Assembly: GCA_965208725.1 (NCBI GenBank)
Contig: CBDBPI010000002.1
Coordinates: forward strand, 1,706,878-1,770,877
Source of the DNA: Dehalococcoidia bacterium
GTDB lineage: Bacteria; Chloroflexota; Dehalococcoidia; Lucifugimonadales; GCA-2712585
Reading direction: 5' to 3'
DNA length: 64,000 bases
Shown piece after piece: positions 1 to 10,043 of the stretch. The first letter of the stretch is position 1. Each line of letters begins with the position of its first letter. Below the pieces are notes generated by a model. That model saw only the letters and a list, made by a program, of their open reading frames with translations, did no database searches and was not told the DNA's origin. A program made the translations under genes and the position numbers.

Positions 1-16
1 AACCTAAAACCACGCC

Positions 17-1138
17 TCACTCCAGGTCATACAGCTTGATAGCGTTCGTCCGCGTAACCTTCAGGGCCACTTCATCCGAAATGCCTTCGAAGTTCTTGTC
101 CACAATTTCGTGGGAATTCGGAAATGTGGAAGCTCCGTGCGGGTAGTCGCTGGCCCAGGCGAAGTTGTCCTCCCCGAAATAGTCCGTCAGCATCAGACCC
201 ACGGCGTCATCCATGAAGGTGCCGAAAATCTGCCGCTTCGCGTACTCGCTCGGCGCCATCTCCAGGTCCGTCACCGTCTTCCATCCCTGCTGGTGGTACC
301 AGACGTCGGAACGGTAGACGTAGTGCGGCATCCATCCGATGTCATTCTCCGCCGACACAATTCTCAGGTTGGGATGACGCGCCAGCACGCCGGAGAACAG
401 AATCTCCGAGATGGACCGCTTCACCTCATCGATCATGCTCATCACGCTCAGATAGTGGTTGTTCTTGAACTTGCCCACCTTCTGGGTCTCCGGCCCATGA
501 CCCGAATTCACGTGCAGGCTTATGGGCATGTTCAACTCCGAGGCGGTCGCCCAGAAAGGCTCATATACCGCGTCGCCGTAGCTCATCTCGTCCGGTGGTG
601 AGGTCATTATCGTTCCACCCCGCAGCCCAATTTCTGAGCAGCGTCGAAGCTCCCTCGCCCCCTCCGCCGGGTCGAGCAACGGAATCAGCCCCAAACCGAT
701 GAAACGACTTGGATCATAGCTGCAGAACTCCGCAAGCCAGTTGTTGTACCCCCGGAACAGCGCGGCCTGCAGAGCCGCGTCCCTCGTGAAGGCCAGCATC
801 CGGAAACCCTGCGTCGTATAGATTACCTCCGCCTCTATCCCGTCCAGCTCCATGTCCGGAATCCGCTCCGCAGGAAGGTACGCGCCGAGCCGGCAATCAT
901 CCAAAGTCTCTCCCTCAATTGCCCGGTTCTCCTCCGCCGAGCGGCCCGCGTTGAAGGAGCCCGAAATGCTCTTCGGCTCCATGTCCCCGAAAAACATATA
1001 CTCGCCCGCAGGCAGCCCCGGAGGATTCACCACGTTCCGCGGCGCCCTGTCACGGAACTCCGCGTCCACGTAGTCCGACCACATCGTCCGCGGCTCCACC
1101 ACGTGAGAGTCTGCTGAAATCAACTTATAGTCCGCCAT
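17..1138 (-). CDS. Amidohydrolase-2 family metal-dependent hydrolase
   Basis: ORF 17..1162(-). The N-terminus 'MADYKLISADSHVVEP' and overall pattern fit amidohydrolase_2-type enzymes. I trimmed the start to the ATG at 1138, which is preceded by AAGGAG (revcomp of 1141-1150). Paralogous to 34612..35787 and 36027..37169. Confidence 0.75.
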   Translation of the reverse strand: MADYKLISADSHVVEPRTMWSDYVDAEFRDRAPRNVVNPPGLPAGEYMFFGDMEPKSISGSFNAGRSAEENRAIEGETLDDCRLGAYLPAERIPDMELDGIEAEVIYTTQGFRMLAFTRDAALQAALFRGYNNWLAEFCSYDPSRFIGLGLIPLLDPAEGARELRRCSEIGLRGGTIMTSPPDEMSYGDAVYEPFWATASELNMPISLHVNSGHGPETQKVGKFKNNHYLSVMSMIDEVKRSISEILFSGVLARHPNLRIVSAENDIGWMPHYVYRSDVWYHQQGWKTVTDLEMAPSEYAKRQIFGTFMDDAVGLMLTDYFGEDNFAWASDYPHGASTFPNSHEIVDKNFEGISDEVALKVTRTNAIKLYDLE

Positions 1139-1315
1139 TTTCGTCTCCTTCCACCCGAGCATGCTTCGTAGCCGGCATCATTCGCCGACCTTGCTGCCAT
1201 TCTAGCAGAAACTCCGCCACAATACCCCGGACTGCGCGAGACTTTGCAACGCCCGATATTTCTAAATCCACGGCCCTTATATATAATGAAAGGAGAGCGT
1301 CAAGCTCCTCTGCCC

Positions 1316-1405
1316 GGAGAGGTGGCCGAGTGGACGAAGGCGCCGCTCTCGAAAAGCGGTATACGTATGCGCGTATCGCGGGTTCGAATCCCGCCCTCTC
1401 CGCCA
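1316..1405 (+). tRNA. tRNA-Ser (anticodon CGA), CCA encoded
   Basis: GGAGAGG acceptor 5' arm pairs with CCTCTCC. Anticodon stem ccgct/agcgg with loop CT-CGA-AA. Long variable arm. T-arm gcggg-TTCGAAT-cccgc. Discriminator G followed by CCA. Confidence 0.9.
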
Positions 1406-1434
1406 CCCCCTTCCCTTGTTCCTGCGAAGGGATA

Positions 1435-1553
1435 CCTTTGAACAACCGTCATTCCGGCGAAAGCCGGAATCCAGAATTGCGCGATTTAGCTATAACTCCG
1501 GCAGGACAACGAAACAATCTGGTCCTGTTACGCCAGTTAAGCAAAGGCCTCCG
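1435..1553. repeat. 119-bp MITE-like element, copy 1 (second copy at 15854..15972)
   Basis: About 88% identical to 15854..15972 by hand alignment. Starts CCTTTGAACAACCGTCATTCCGGCGAAAGCCGGAATCCAGAA and ends ...GCAAAGG. Has imperfect terminal inverted repeats (CCTTTG / CAAAGG) and an internal GAAA-tetraloop hairpin TTCCGGC-GAAA-GCCGGAA. Confidence 0.8.
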
Positions 1554-1698
1554 AAGGCAGGAACCTGCTGTCTACCCGCACTATACTCTCTTACCAACAC
1601 CAACACTCTGCCATCCTTCCGGTTGACACTAAATTCCCCATCCCTGCATACTTTATGGCCGATGCCTTCCCTTGGCATCGCAGGATCTTCCCGAATTT

Positions 1699-1790
1699 GG
1701 AGAGGTGCCAGAGTGGACGAATGGGCGCGCCTGGAGAGCGCGTAGGCTGGGCAACCGGCCTCGCGGGTTCGAATCCCGCCCTCTCCGCCA
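1699..1790 (+). tRNA. tRNA-Ser (anticodon GGA), CCA encoded
   Basis: GGAGAGG...CCTCTCC acceptor stem. Anticodon stem cgcgc/gcgcg with loop CT-GGA-GA. Long variable arm. T-arm gcggg-TTCGAAT-cccgc. Ends G-CCA. Confidence 0.9.
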
Positions 1791-1906
1791 TCACCCACAT
1801 GTCATTCTGAGCGAAGCGGAGCGGAGTCGAACAATCTCGTTGCACTGTCACCAGACCTCTCCACGTTGTAGCCCCTATTTTCGTATGCTATGCTAACTTC
1901 AGCGCC

Positions 1907-3088
1907 ATGAGCGACCTCAAGTACTGGATTGCTTTTAATAAGGTGCGCCAGTTGGGCACCGTGCGATTTCGCCTGCTTGAAGGCTTTTTCGGTTCTCTGG
2001 AGGACGCCTGGTTCGCTCCCACCCGACATCTCCGTACCGCCGGCCTGGACCGGCGCGCCGTCAGGTTCGTTGAAGAAGGCCGCAGAACCATAGACCCCGA
2101 CCACGAGCTCGAACGACTCGAAAAGGCCGGCGTATCCGCCTTCAACTGGAACCACGACGGCTACCCCGACCTGCTCAAGCAGATTCCCGACCCGCCCCCC
2201 GTGCTCTACGTCAAGGGCAAAATCGAACCCGAAGATAAGCGCTCCATCGCCATGGTCGGCACCCGCAGGGCCACCCCCTACGGACGCGAAGCCGCCCAGG
2301 CCCTCTCCGCAGACCTGGCCCGCACCGGTATTACCGTCGTCAGCGGCCTCGCCCGCGGCATCGACACCGTCGCCCACAGGGCCGCCCTCAACGCCAACGG
2401 CCGCACCCTGGCCGTCCTGGCCAGCGGCGTTGACTACATCTACCCCAGGGAAAACAAGCATCTCTCGCAGGAAATCGTCGAAACCGGCGGTGCCCTCATC
2501 AGCGAACACCCCCTCGGAGTTCGCCCCGACCCACGGCAGTTTCCCCGTCGCAACCGGCTCATGAGCGGTATGACCCTCGGCACCCTCGTCATCGAGGCCG
2601 GCAAGGGCAGCGGCGCCATCTGGACTGTCCGACACGCCCTTGAGCAGGATAGAGACGTCTTCTGCATTCCGGGCAGCATCTTCTCCCCCGTCAGCTACGG
2701 CCCAAACCAGCTGATCCAGGAAGGGGCCAAGCTGGTCATGGACTTTCAGGACATCCTCCGGGAAATGAACCTGAACACCATCTACAATCTCCCCATTCAA
2801 GCCAGACCCGCTCCGGCAAGAAGGGAGCCGCCGGCCGCCCCAGTCACCGTCCCCGCCGAGCAGATGACGCTGAAACCCGCCAATCCGAAGCTCGAAGGGA
2901 ACGAAAAAACCCTCCTCGACCAGATATCCTATGAGCCAATCCACATCGATCAGATCTGCAGAGGCGCCGGCCTGCCCGCCCACGTGGTCAGCAGCACCCT
3001 TACCATCATGGAAATCAACGGCCTCATCAAGCAGGTCCCCGGTATGCAGTACGTCCTCACCAGAGAGGCCACGAGCATCTATGGCTAA
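1907..3088 (+). CDS. dprA: DNA processing protein DprA (Smf)
   Basis: 393-aa ORF with the DprA Rossmann core 'VVSGLARGIDTVAHRAAL...GRTLAVLASGVD' and a C-terminal winged-helix-like tail. Sits in the conserved dprA-topA neighbourhood. Confidence 0.9.
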   Translation: MSDLKYWIAFNKVRQLGTVRFRLLEGFFGSLEDAWFAPTRHLRTAGLDRRAVRFVEEGRRTIDPDHELERLEKAGVSAFNWNHDGYPDLLKQIPDPPPVLYVKGKIEPEDKRSIAMVGTRRATPYGREAAQALSADLARTGITVVSGLARGIDTVAHRAALNANGRTLAVLASGVDYIYPRENKHLSQEIVETGGALISEHPLGVRPDPRQFPRRNRLMSGMTLGTLVIEAGKGSGAIWTVRHALEQDRDVFCIPGSIFSPVSYGPNQLIQEGAKLVMDFQDILREMNLNTIYNLPIQARPAPARREPPAAPVTVPAEQMTLKPANPKLEGNEKTLLDQISYEPIHIDQICRGAGLPAHVVSSTLTIMEINGLIKQVPGMQYVLTREATSIYG

Positions 3089-3150
3089 CGATTCGGACCC
3101 TACCCACCTACAACCAAACAACTTGAAAATTCAGGAGGCTCAAGCCGTTT

Positions 3151-5439
3151 ATGGCTGTTAAAACTCCCAAAAGAGCCCGTTCCCGCAAGGCGTCCAGCAA
3201 ACTCGTCGTGGTGGAATCCCCCACCAAGGCCAGGACCATTGGCAAAATTCTTGGCAGCGACTACAAGATAACTGCCTCCATGGGCCACGTCCGTGACCTG
3301 CCCAAGGGCAAGCTCGGCATCGATGTCGACCACGAATTCGCCCCCACCTACTCCGTGCCCCGCGACAAGTCCTCCACCCTGAAGGAAATTCGTCAGCTGG
3401 GCAAAAGCGCCACCTCCATCTATCTTGCTACCGACCCCGACAGGGAAGGCGAGGCAATATCCTGGCATCTCGCCAAGGCTCTCGGTTGGGACCTGGATTC
3501 GCCCGACCTCCAGCGCATCGTCTTTCACGAAATAACCCCCGGGGCAATCAACGAAGCCTTCCAGCACACACGCCCTCTCGACCTGGACCTCGTCAACGCC
3601 CAGCAGGCCCGGCGCATCCTCGACCGCCTCGTTGGCTACGAGCTCAGCCCCCTCCTCTGGAAAAAGGTTCAGCGCGGCCTCTCCGCCGGTCGGGTCCAGT
3701 CCGTTGCCCTCCGCCAGATTGTCGACCGCGAGAAGGAAATCCAGGCCTTCGACCCTAAGGAATACTGGACAATGGAGGCCAATCTCGCCAGGGACGCCCG
3801 CGTCTTCTCCGCGCTCCTCCACTCCGTGTCAGGCGAACGACGCAAGATACAGCTTCCCAACGAAGCCAGAGTCCGCGAAATCGAAGCCGATCTGCAGGAC
3901 GCCGCCTATACCGTTACCTCCGTCAAGACCAAAGAACGCCGTCGGCGACCCTCGCCCCCCTTCACCACCAGCACCCTCCAGCAGGAAGCCGGACGTAAAC
4001 TCCGCTTCACCGCCAAGCGCACCATGCGCGTCGCCCAGCAGCTTTACGAAGGCGTCTCCCTCGGCAGAGAGGGCTCCGCCGGCCTCATCACCTACATGAG
4101 GACCGACTCCACCAGCCTTGCTTCCTCCGCCATCGGCGAGGCTCGCAAGTACATCTCCGAAAAATACGGCGAACGCTATCTTCCCAAGGGCGCTCGCATC
4201 TACAAGACCCGCTCCAGGGGCGCCCAGGAGGCCCACGAAGCCATCCGCCCCACCTCAATCTTCCGCACACCGGAGTCCTTAAAGAGCCGTCTCAAGCCTG
4301 AACAGTTCCGCCTATACACCCTCATCTGGCAGCGCACTCTGGCATCCCAGATGGCCGACACCATCTACGACGCCACCTCCGCAGACATCCGCGCCGCCCG
4401 GCCTGATACGGACAACGCCTATCTCTTCCGCGCCACCGGCACACGGACAAAATTCCTCGGCTTCGCCACCCTCTACAAGGAAGGCAAGGACGACGACCCC
4501 CAGGATGACGGCAAGCCCCTGCCCAAGCTGGAAAAAGATGACGTGCTTGACTTCAAAAAGCTCGAGTCGAAGCAGCACTTCACCCAACCTCCGCCCCGCT
4601 ATACCGAGGCAACCCTCGTCAAACTCCTGGAGGAGAAGGGCATCGGCCGTCCCAGCACCTACGCCCCCATCCTCTCCACCCTAACCGACCGCAACTACGT
4701 CACCAAGGAGAAGAACCGCCTCGTCCCCACCGCCCTCGGCATCTCCGTCAGCGACCTCCTGACCCAGTTCTTCCCCGACGTTATGGACGTGGCCTTCACC
4801 GCTAACATGGAGGACTCCCTCGATGAAATCGCCCGCGGCGAACGCCAGTGGGTGCCCATGCTGGAGAATTTCTACACCCCCTTCAAGAAGACCCTCCAGG
4901 AAGCTAAGGACAAGATGCCAAAGGTCAAGGTGGAGGAACCCACCGACGAGAAGTGCGAAAAGTGCGGCAGTCCCATAGTCATAAAGACTGGCCGCTTCGG
5001 ACGCTTCATGGCCTGCTCCGGCTTCCCCGAATGCCGCAACACCAGGGAGATAGGCTCCAACGGCGCCGCTCCGTCACAGGAAGAGACCACCGAAGAACTC
5101 TGCGACAAGTGCGAAAGCCCCATGGTCATAAAGACCGGCCGCTTCGGTCGCTTCATGGGCTGCTCCGCCTACCCCAAGTGCCGCAACATCAAGCCCATGA
5201 AGACCGGCGCCCGCTGCCCCAGGTGCGACGACGGCGACCTGCTGGAACGGAAGGGACGCCGCGGCGTCTTCTATGGCTGCTCCAACTACCCCAAGTGCAG
5301 GTTCCTCGTCAACAAGCGTCCCCTCCCCGAACCCTGCCCCGAGTGCGAAGGCCTCATGGTCGTAGACAGAAACGACATCCAAACCTGCACGCGTTGCGCC
5401 TGGAAAGGCGAACCCGCAAAGGCCCCCGCCAAGGTATAA
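3151..5439 (+). CDS. topA: DNA topoisomerase I
   Basis: 762 aa. TOPRIM N-terminus 'LVVVESPTKARTIGKILG', catalytic region 'ITYMRTDS', and four C-terminal C4 zinc ribbons (CxxC...CxxC repeats such as 'CEKCGSPIVIKTGRFGRFMACSGFPEC'). Confidence 0.95.
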   Translation: MAVKTPKRARSRKASSKLVVVESPTKARTIGKILGSDYKITASMGHVRDLPKGKLGIDVDHEFAPTYSVPRDKSSTLKEIRQLGKSATSIYLATDPDREGEAISWHLAKALGWDLDSPDLQRIVFHEITPGAINEAFQHTRPLDLDLVNAQQARRILDRLVGYELSPLLWKKVQRGLSAGRVQSVALRQIVDREKEIQAFDPKEYWTMEANLARDARVFSALLHSVSGERRKIQLPNEARVREIEADLQDAAYTVTSVKTKERRRRPSPPFTTSTLQQEAGRKLRFTAKRTMRVAQQLYEGVSLGREGSAGLITYMRTDSTSLASSAIGEARKYISEKYGERYLPKGARIYKTRSRGAQEAHEAIRPTSIFRTPESLKSRLKPEQFRLYTLIWQRTLASQMADTIYDATSADIRAARPDTDNAYLFRATGTRTKFLGFATLYKEGKDDDPQDDGKPLPKLEKDDVLDFKKLESKQHFTQPPPRYTEATLVKLLEEKGIGRPSTYAPILSTLTDRNYVTKEKNRLVPTALGISVSDLLTQFFPDVMDVAFTANMEDSLDEIARGERQWVPMLENFYTPFKKTLQEAKDKMPKVKVEEPTDEKCEKCGSPIVIKTGRFGRFMACSGFPECRNTREIGSNGAAPSQEETTEELCDKCESPMVIKTGRFGRFMGCSAYPKCRNIKPMKTGARCPRCDDGDLLERKGRRGVFYGCSNYPKCRFLVNKRPLPEPCPECEGLMVVDRNDIQTCTRCAWKGEPAKAPAKV

Positions 5440-5445
5440 CGACAA

Positions 5446-6390
5446 ATGGCAATCCCACAAGAACTCCTCGATAAGTACAAAGCCTTCCTCATCGGCACGA
5501 AGGGCCGGTCCGAAAACACCGTCCGCGTCTATCTCGACGATCTCTCAACCTTCAACCGTTTCCTCCAACAGGAAAACGCCGACTACGCCCAACTCGATCG
5601 TCGCTTCCTCCGACAGTACCTCGCATGGCTCGCAACCCGCGCCCTCGGCAAGCGCGGCGGATACGCCCGCGTCAGCGTTCAACGCAAGCTCGTCTCCCTG
5701 CGCGCCTTCTACCGCTTCCTCCAGCAGCAGGGCATTGTCAAAATCAACCCCGTGCCCAAGGGCAGCGCCTTCCGCGTCAAAACCGAAAAGCGCCTGCCCG
5801 ACTTCCTCACCGAAAATGAGACGCAGCGAATCCTTGAAGCCCCCGACACCGACACCGAGCTCGGCATCCGCGACCAGGCCATCCTCGAACTCCTCTACTC
5901 CTCCGGCGTCCGCCTCTCCGAATTGGCCGCTCTGAATATGGAAGACCTGAGTCTGGAAACCCGCGAAGCCAAAGTATTCGGCAAAGGCTCCAAGGAGCGA
6001 ATCGTCCTCCTCGGCCGCCCCGCCGTCCAGTCCCTCCACCACTATCTCTCCTCCTCAAGACCTACGCTGATGGACAACTTCACAAATGCCCTCTTCCTCA
6101 ACAAGTACGGCGGCCGTTTATCCCCTCGCAGCATCCAGAAAATCGTCAAAAAGAGCGCCCGTCAGGCCGCCATCAACCCCAGGACCCACACCCACAGCAT
6201 GCGCCACACCTTCGCCACCCACATGCTGGAAGGCGGCGCCGACCTCCGAGTGGTCCAGGAACTCCTTGGCCACTCCAGCCCCGCCACCACCCAAATCTAC
6301 ACCCACGTTACCCAGCGGCAGGCCAGAAAGGTCTACATGGCCAGCCACCCCAGGGCCAACGGAAGCCCCGAGCCGGTGGACGAAGCATGA
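5446..6390 (+). CDS. xerC: Tyrosine recombinase XerC/XerD family
   Basis: 314 aa. N-terminal SAM-like domain and catalytic motifs 'GVRLSELAAL', 'HSMRHTFATHMLEGGADLRVVQELLGHSSPATTQIYTHV' (R..HxxR..Y). I cannot separate XerC from XerD by eye. Confidence 0.8.
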   Translation: MAIPQELLDKYKAFLIGTKGRSENTVRVYLDDLSTFNRFLQQENADYAQLDRRFLRQYLAWLATRALGKRGGYARVSVQRKLVSLRAFYRFLQQQGIVKINPVPKGSAFRVKTEKRLPDFLTENETQRILEAPDTDTELGIRDQAILELLYSSGVRLSELAALNMEDLSLETREAKVFGKGSKERIVLLGRPAVQSLHHYLSSSRPTLMDNFTNALFLNKYGGRLSPRSIQKIVKKSARQAAINPRTHTHSMRHTFATHMLEGGADLRVVQELLGHSSPATTQIYTHVTQRQARKVYMASHPRANGSPEPVDEA

Positions 6391-6830
6391 CTATCTTCCT
6401 CGTCGTAAACGGCCCAAACCTCAACATGCTCGGACGCAGGGACCCTGAGCACTACGGCACAACTACCCTCGCCGACATCGAAGAGAGCCTCAGCCATCGC
6501 GCCGCCCAGCTTGGCGTTGACCTTGAATTCTGCCAGTCCGACAGCGAAGCCGATCTGGTCGGCTTCATAAACGATAACGCCGCTAACGCCGACGGCATAA
6601 TCATCAACCCCGCGGGACTCACCACCATCGGCTACCCTCTCCTCGACGCCTGCATTGACTCCGGCATTCCCGTCGTCGAGGTTCACCTCAGCAACATCTA
6701 CGCCCGGGAGGCCTGGCGTAGCCCCTCAATCTTCGCCCGCGCCGTCCACGCCACCATCGCCGGTATGCGCTGGATGGGCTACGTAGCCGCCGTCGACTAC
6801 CTTAACGCCCTTACCCATAAGGAGGTTTAA
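6387..6830 (+). CDS. aroQ: 3-dehydroquinate dehydratase, type II
   Basis: 147 aa. 'LVVNGPNLNMLGRRDPEHYG' and 'IIINPAGLTTIGYPLLDA...VEVHLSNI' are type II DHQase signatures. Start overlaps the xerC stop (ATGA). Confidence 0.9.
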   Translation: MTIFLVVNGPNLNMLGRRDPEHYGTTTLADIEESLSHRAAQLGVDLEFCQSDSEADLVGFINDNAANADGIIINPAGLTTIGYPLLDACIDSGIPVVEVHLSNIYAREAWRSPSIFARAVHATIAGMRWMGYVAAVDYLNALTHKEV

Positions 6831-6831
6831 C

Positions 6832-7899
6832 TTGACAGCCAATCGACTCAAACGACTCCGCACCGCCCTCACCGAAAAGGAACTGGATGCCATCCTCATA
6901 TCCACCCCGGAAAACCGCCAGTACCTCTCCGGCTTTGTCGGCACCGCCGGATGGCTCTTCATCTCCCATGAACGCGCCATCCTCGCCACTGACTTCCGCT
7001 ACACCGAGCAGGCCGGCAATCAGGCCCCCGACTTTGAAGTCCAGCAGGTTGCAGGCTGGAAGTGGCTCGTGGAACAGCTGGAAGAGTTGGGCCCCGCCAA
7101 GGTCGGCTTCGAGTCCCAGCACGTCACCATGGCCGCCTACCGCCGCATCGTCGCCGCAATCAAGGAAATGCCCGACGACAAGCGCCCGACGATGGTCGCC
7201 ACCAGCAACCTCGTCGAAAACATCCGCGCCGTCAAGGACGCCCACGAACTGGCAATGCTCCAAAGCGTCATCGACATCTCGGACAAGGCAATGGAGGCCG
7301 TCATCCCAACCCTCCAGGCCGGCCAGACCGAGCGCGAAATCGCCTGGATGATGGAAAAGGCCATGCGTGAGTTCGGCGCCGACAGCCTCAGCTTCGATAC
7401 CATCGTCGCCGGTGGACCCAACGGCGCAATGCCCCATCATCGCGCCGGAGACCGCCCCGTCCAGGAGGGCGAACCTATAGTCATCGACATGGGCGCGAAG
7501 CTCAACGGCTACTGCAGCGACATTACCCGCACCGCCTGCATCGGCCAGCCCGACGACCAGTTCAACAAGATCTATAACCTCGTCCTCGGCGCTCAGCTTG
7601 CCGCCATATCAACCATCAAGCCCAGCCTGAACGGCGAAGAGGCCGACAACCTCGCCCGCACCGTCCTCGACGACGCCGGATACAAGAAGAACTTCGGCCA
7701 CAGCCTCGGCCACGGGATCGGCTTGGCTGTCCACGAATTCCCCCGCGTCGGCCCCACCTCCCCCGATATCCTCGAGGAGTCAATGGTCTTCAGCGTCGAG
7801 CCCGGCATCTACCTCAGCGGCTGGGGCGGCGTCCGCATCGAAGACCTCGTCGTTCTGGAAGAATCAGGCGCACGACCCCTCAGCAAGGCCCGAAAGTAA
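6832..7899 (+). CDS. M24-family Xaa-Pro aminopeptidase/dipeptidase
   Basis: 355 aa with a TTG start. Creatinase-like N-domain plus M24 metal ligands 'DMGAKLNGYCSDITRT', 'HSLGHGIGLAVHEFP', 'VEPGIY...GGVRIED'. Confidence 0.85.
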   Translation: MTANRLKRLRTALTEKELDAILISTPENRQYLSGFVGTAGWLFISHERAILATDFRYTEQAGNQAPDFEVQQVAGWKWLVEQLEELGPAKVGFESQHVTMAAYRRIVAAIKEMPDDKRPTMVATSNLVENIRAVKDAHELAMLQSVIDISDKAMEAVIPTLQAGQTEREIAWMMEKAMREFGADSLSFDTIVAGGPNGAMPHHRAGDRPVQEGEPIVIDMGAKLNGYCSDITRTACIGQPDDQFNKIYNLVLGAQLAAISTIKPSLNGEEADNLARTVLDDAGYKKNFGHSLGHGIGLAVHEFPRVGPTSPDILEESMVFSVEPGIYLSGWGGVRIEDLVVLEESGARPLSKARK

Positions 7900-7975
7900 A
7901 TCGTCTGCCCTTACCGCAATTCGAGGGCAAGCATAGCTCTTGTGGGTAGGGAAAAAGAAAACAGGAGAACCCTGA

Positions 7976-8545
7976 ATGGCAACCATGAACTTTGGAGACC
8001 TCCGAAAAGGACTGGCCATCGAAATAGACGGCCAGCCCTACGAGGTTGTCGATTACACCCGACACAAGATGCAGCAGCGCGCCCCCGTGACCCGCGTAAG
8101 GGTCAAGAACCTCCTCAGCGGCAGCGTCACCGAAAAGACCTTCCAAGCCTACGAGACCTCCTTCACCCCCGCCGACGTCGACAGCGCCGACGCCCAGTAC
8201 CTCTACTACGACGGCGAATTCTATAACTTCATGGACATGGAGACCTACGACCAACATCAACTTACCCAGGATCAGCTGGGCGACGGCCTCAATTACCTGA
8301 AGGAAGAGATAACCCTGGAGATTTCCTTCTACAAGGGCGCCATCATCGGCGTCAAGCTACCCACCTTCGTCGACCTCGTCGTCACCTACAGCCCCCCCGG
8401 CCTCCGCGGCGACACTGCCCAGGGAGGCACCAAGCCCGCCACCCTGGAAACCGGCCACACCCTCAACGTCCCCCTCTTCGTCAACGAAGGCCAGACCATC
8501 AAGGTGGACACCCGCAACGGCCAGTACGTCGAGCGCGTGACTTAG
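7976..8545 (+). CDS. efp: Elongation factor P
   Basis: 189 aa. 'FGDLRKGLAIEIDGQPYEVVDYTRHKMQQRAPVTRVRVKNLLSG' is a typical EF-P domain I. Sits in the conserved aroQ-pepP-efp arrangement. Confidence 0.95.
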   Translation: MATMNFGDLRKGLAIEIDGQPYEVVDYTRHKMQQRAPVTRVRVKNLLSGSVTEKTFQAYETSFTPADVDSADAQYLYYDGEFYNFMDMETYDQHQLTQDQLGDGLNYLKEEITLEISFYKGAIIGVKLPTFVDLVVTYSPPGLRGDTAQGGTKPATLETGHTLNVPLFVNEGQTIKVDTRNGQYVERVT

Positions 8546-9784
8546 GTGCAAGTCTACTCCGTATCCCAGATTACGCAGCATCTGAAGGGTCTGCTCGCCC
8601 AGGACCCCGTCCTTCAGGACGCGTGGGTCGCCGGCGAAGTCTCCAACCTGCGCGTCTCCCAAGCCGGACACGCCTATTTCACCCTGAAAGACCCCGACAG
8701 CCAGCTTAACTGCGTAATGTTCAGAAGGGGAGCCGGCATCGATCTCCTCGCCGACGGCGCCGCCGTCACCGCCCACGGCAACATGTCCCTCTATGAAGTA
8801 CGCGGCACCCTCGATTTCATCACCGACATAGTCGTCTCCGAAGGGGTCGGCCCCCTCGCCCTCGAATTCGAAAGGCTCAAGCAGTCCCTCGAGCAGGAGG
8901 GCCTATTCGACCCCTCCCGCAAGAGGCCTCTGCCCACATTCCCCAAGCACATCGGCCTCGTCACCTCCCCCGCCGGCGCCGTCCTCCACGACGTTATCCA
9001 GGTTCTCACACGCCGTTATACATTGGCCGAAGTCCTCCTCTCCCCCACCCCCGTCCAGGGCCCCGACGCCGCTCCCGCCATCGTCGACGCTCTGACCCGA
9101 CTCTTCCTCGATGGCCGCGCCGAAGTCATCATCGTTGCTCGCGGTGGCGGCTCCATGGAAGAGCTATGGCCCTTCAACGAGGAAGTCGTCGCCCGTGCCA
9201 TCTACGCCAGCCCCGTCCCCATAATCAGCGCTGTCGGCCACGAGACCGACTTCACCATCGCCGATTTCGTCGCCGACCTCCGCGCCCCCACCCCCTCCGC
9301 CGCCGCCGAGCTCGTCGCACCCCACAAGGCCGCCCTCCGGCAGGAAGTCGACGCAAACCTGCAGCGCCTCCTCGCGACCATCTCCGACCAAAACACCCAG
9401 AAACGCTACGCCCTATCTCGCCTAGTCGCCGACCTGGACTACCGCATCCCAGACTTCCCCACTCTGCGTCGTCGCGTCGACGACCTCTCCCATCGTTCCT
9501 CCACCGCCACTGCCGCATTCCTGACCTTGCGAAGCGGCGAGACCGCCTCCTTCATGGCCCGCCTCCAGACCCTCAATCCCGCCGCCACCCTCTCAAGAGG
9601 CTACGCCGTGGTCCACAAGCAGCCCGGCGACCAACCCATCTACTCAAAGAATGCCGTGCGCAGCGGCGACAGCCTAAACGTAACCGTCAGCGACGGCGCA
9701 TTCCCCGCTACCGTCCAGGGTCCTCAACCCACCCGGAGGAGGCGCAAGAAAACTGCCCCCAAGGCCACCGCCCGACTCTTCTAG
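8546..9784 (+). CDS. xseA: Exodeoxyribonuclease VII large subunit
   Basis: 412 aa with a GTG start abutting the efp stop. OB-fold N-terminus 'VSQITQHLKGLL...VWVAGEVSNL' and catalytic core 'IIVARGGGSMEELWPFNEE...PIISAVGHETDFTIADFVAD'. Confidence 0.9.
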   Translation: MQVYSVSQITQHLKGLLAQDPVLQDAWVAGEVSNLRVSQAGHAYFTLKDPDSQLNCVMFRRGAGIDLLADGAAVTAHGNMSLYEVRGTLDFITDIVVSEGVGPLALEFERLKQSLEQEGLFDPSRKRPLPTFPKHIGLVTSPAGAVLHDVIQVLTRRYTLAEVLLSPTPVQGPDAAPAIVDALTRLFLDGRAEVIIVARGGGSMEELWPFNEEVVARAIYASPVPIISAVGHETDFTIADFVADLRAPTPSAAAELVAPHKAALRQEVDANLQRLLATISDQNTQKRYALSRLVADLDYRIPDFPTLRRRVDDLSHRSSTATAAFLTLRSGETASFMARLQTLNPAATLSRGYAVVHKQPGDQPIYSKNAVRSGDSLNVTVSDGAFPATVQGPQPTRRRRKKTAPKATARLF

Positions 9785-9794
9785 CAGAATCACC

Positions 9795-10043
9795 ATGTCA
9801 AACGACGAACAGCAGTTGAACTTTGAAGAAGCCTTCCAGCGCCTGGAGGAGCTTGTGCACACCCTTGAGGAAGGCAAACTCTCCCTGGAAGACACCCGCC
9901 GCCTCTACGAGGAGGGCATGGGCCTCGCCAGGCAATGCAACCGGATGCTCAACGCCACCGAACTCCGCATAACCGAGCTGCGCGATTCCTTCATGGAGGA
10001 AATGTCCGAATCTGAATCAGAAAACGATGAACAGCTTCCTTAA
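9795..10043 (+). CDS. xseB: Exodeoxyribonuclease VII small subunit
   Basis: 82 aa. 'LNFEEAFQRLEELVHTLEEGKLSLEDTRRLYEEGMGLARQC' is the XseB helical hairpin. Lies immediately after xseA. Confidence 0.85.
   Translation: MSNDEQQLNFEEAFQRLEELVHTLEEGKLSLEDTRRLYEEGMGLARQCNRMLNATELRITELRDSFMEEMSESESENDEQLP

Noticed and set aside
1802-3121. 439-aa ORF on the minus strand, the longest ORF in this region.
   Set aside because: It is entirely antisense to a well-supported dprA gene. Its translation is low-complexity Gly/Ala/Asp/Val-rich, typical of shadow ORFs in GC-rich DNA, and it has no recognisable motifs.
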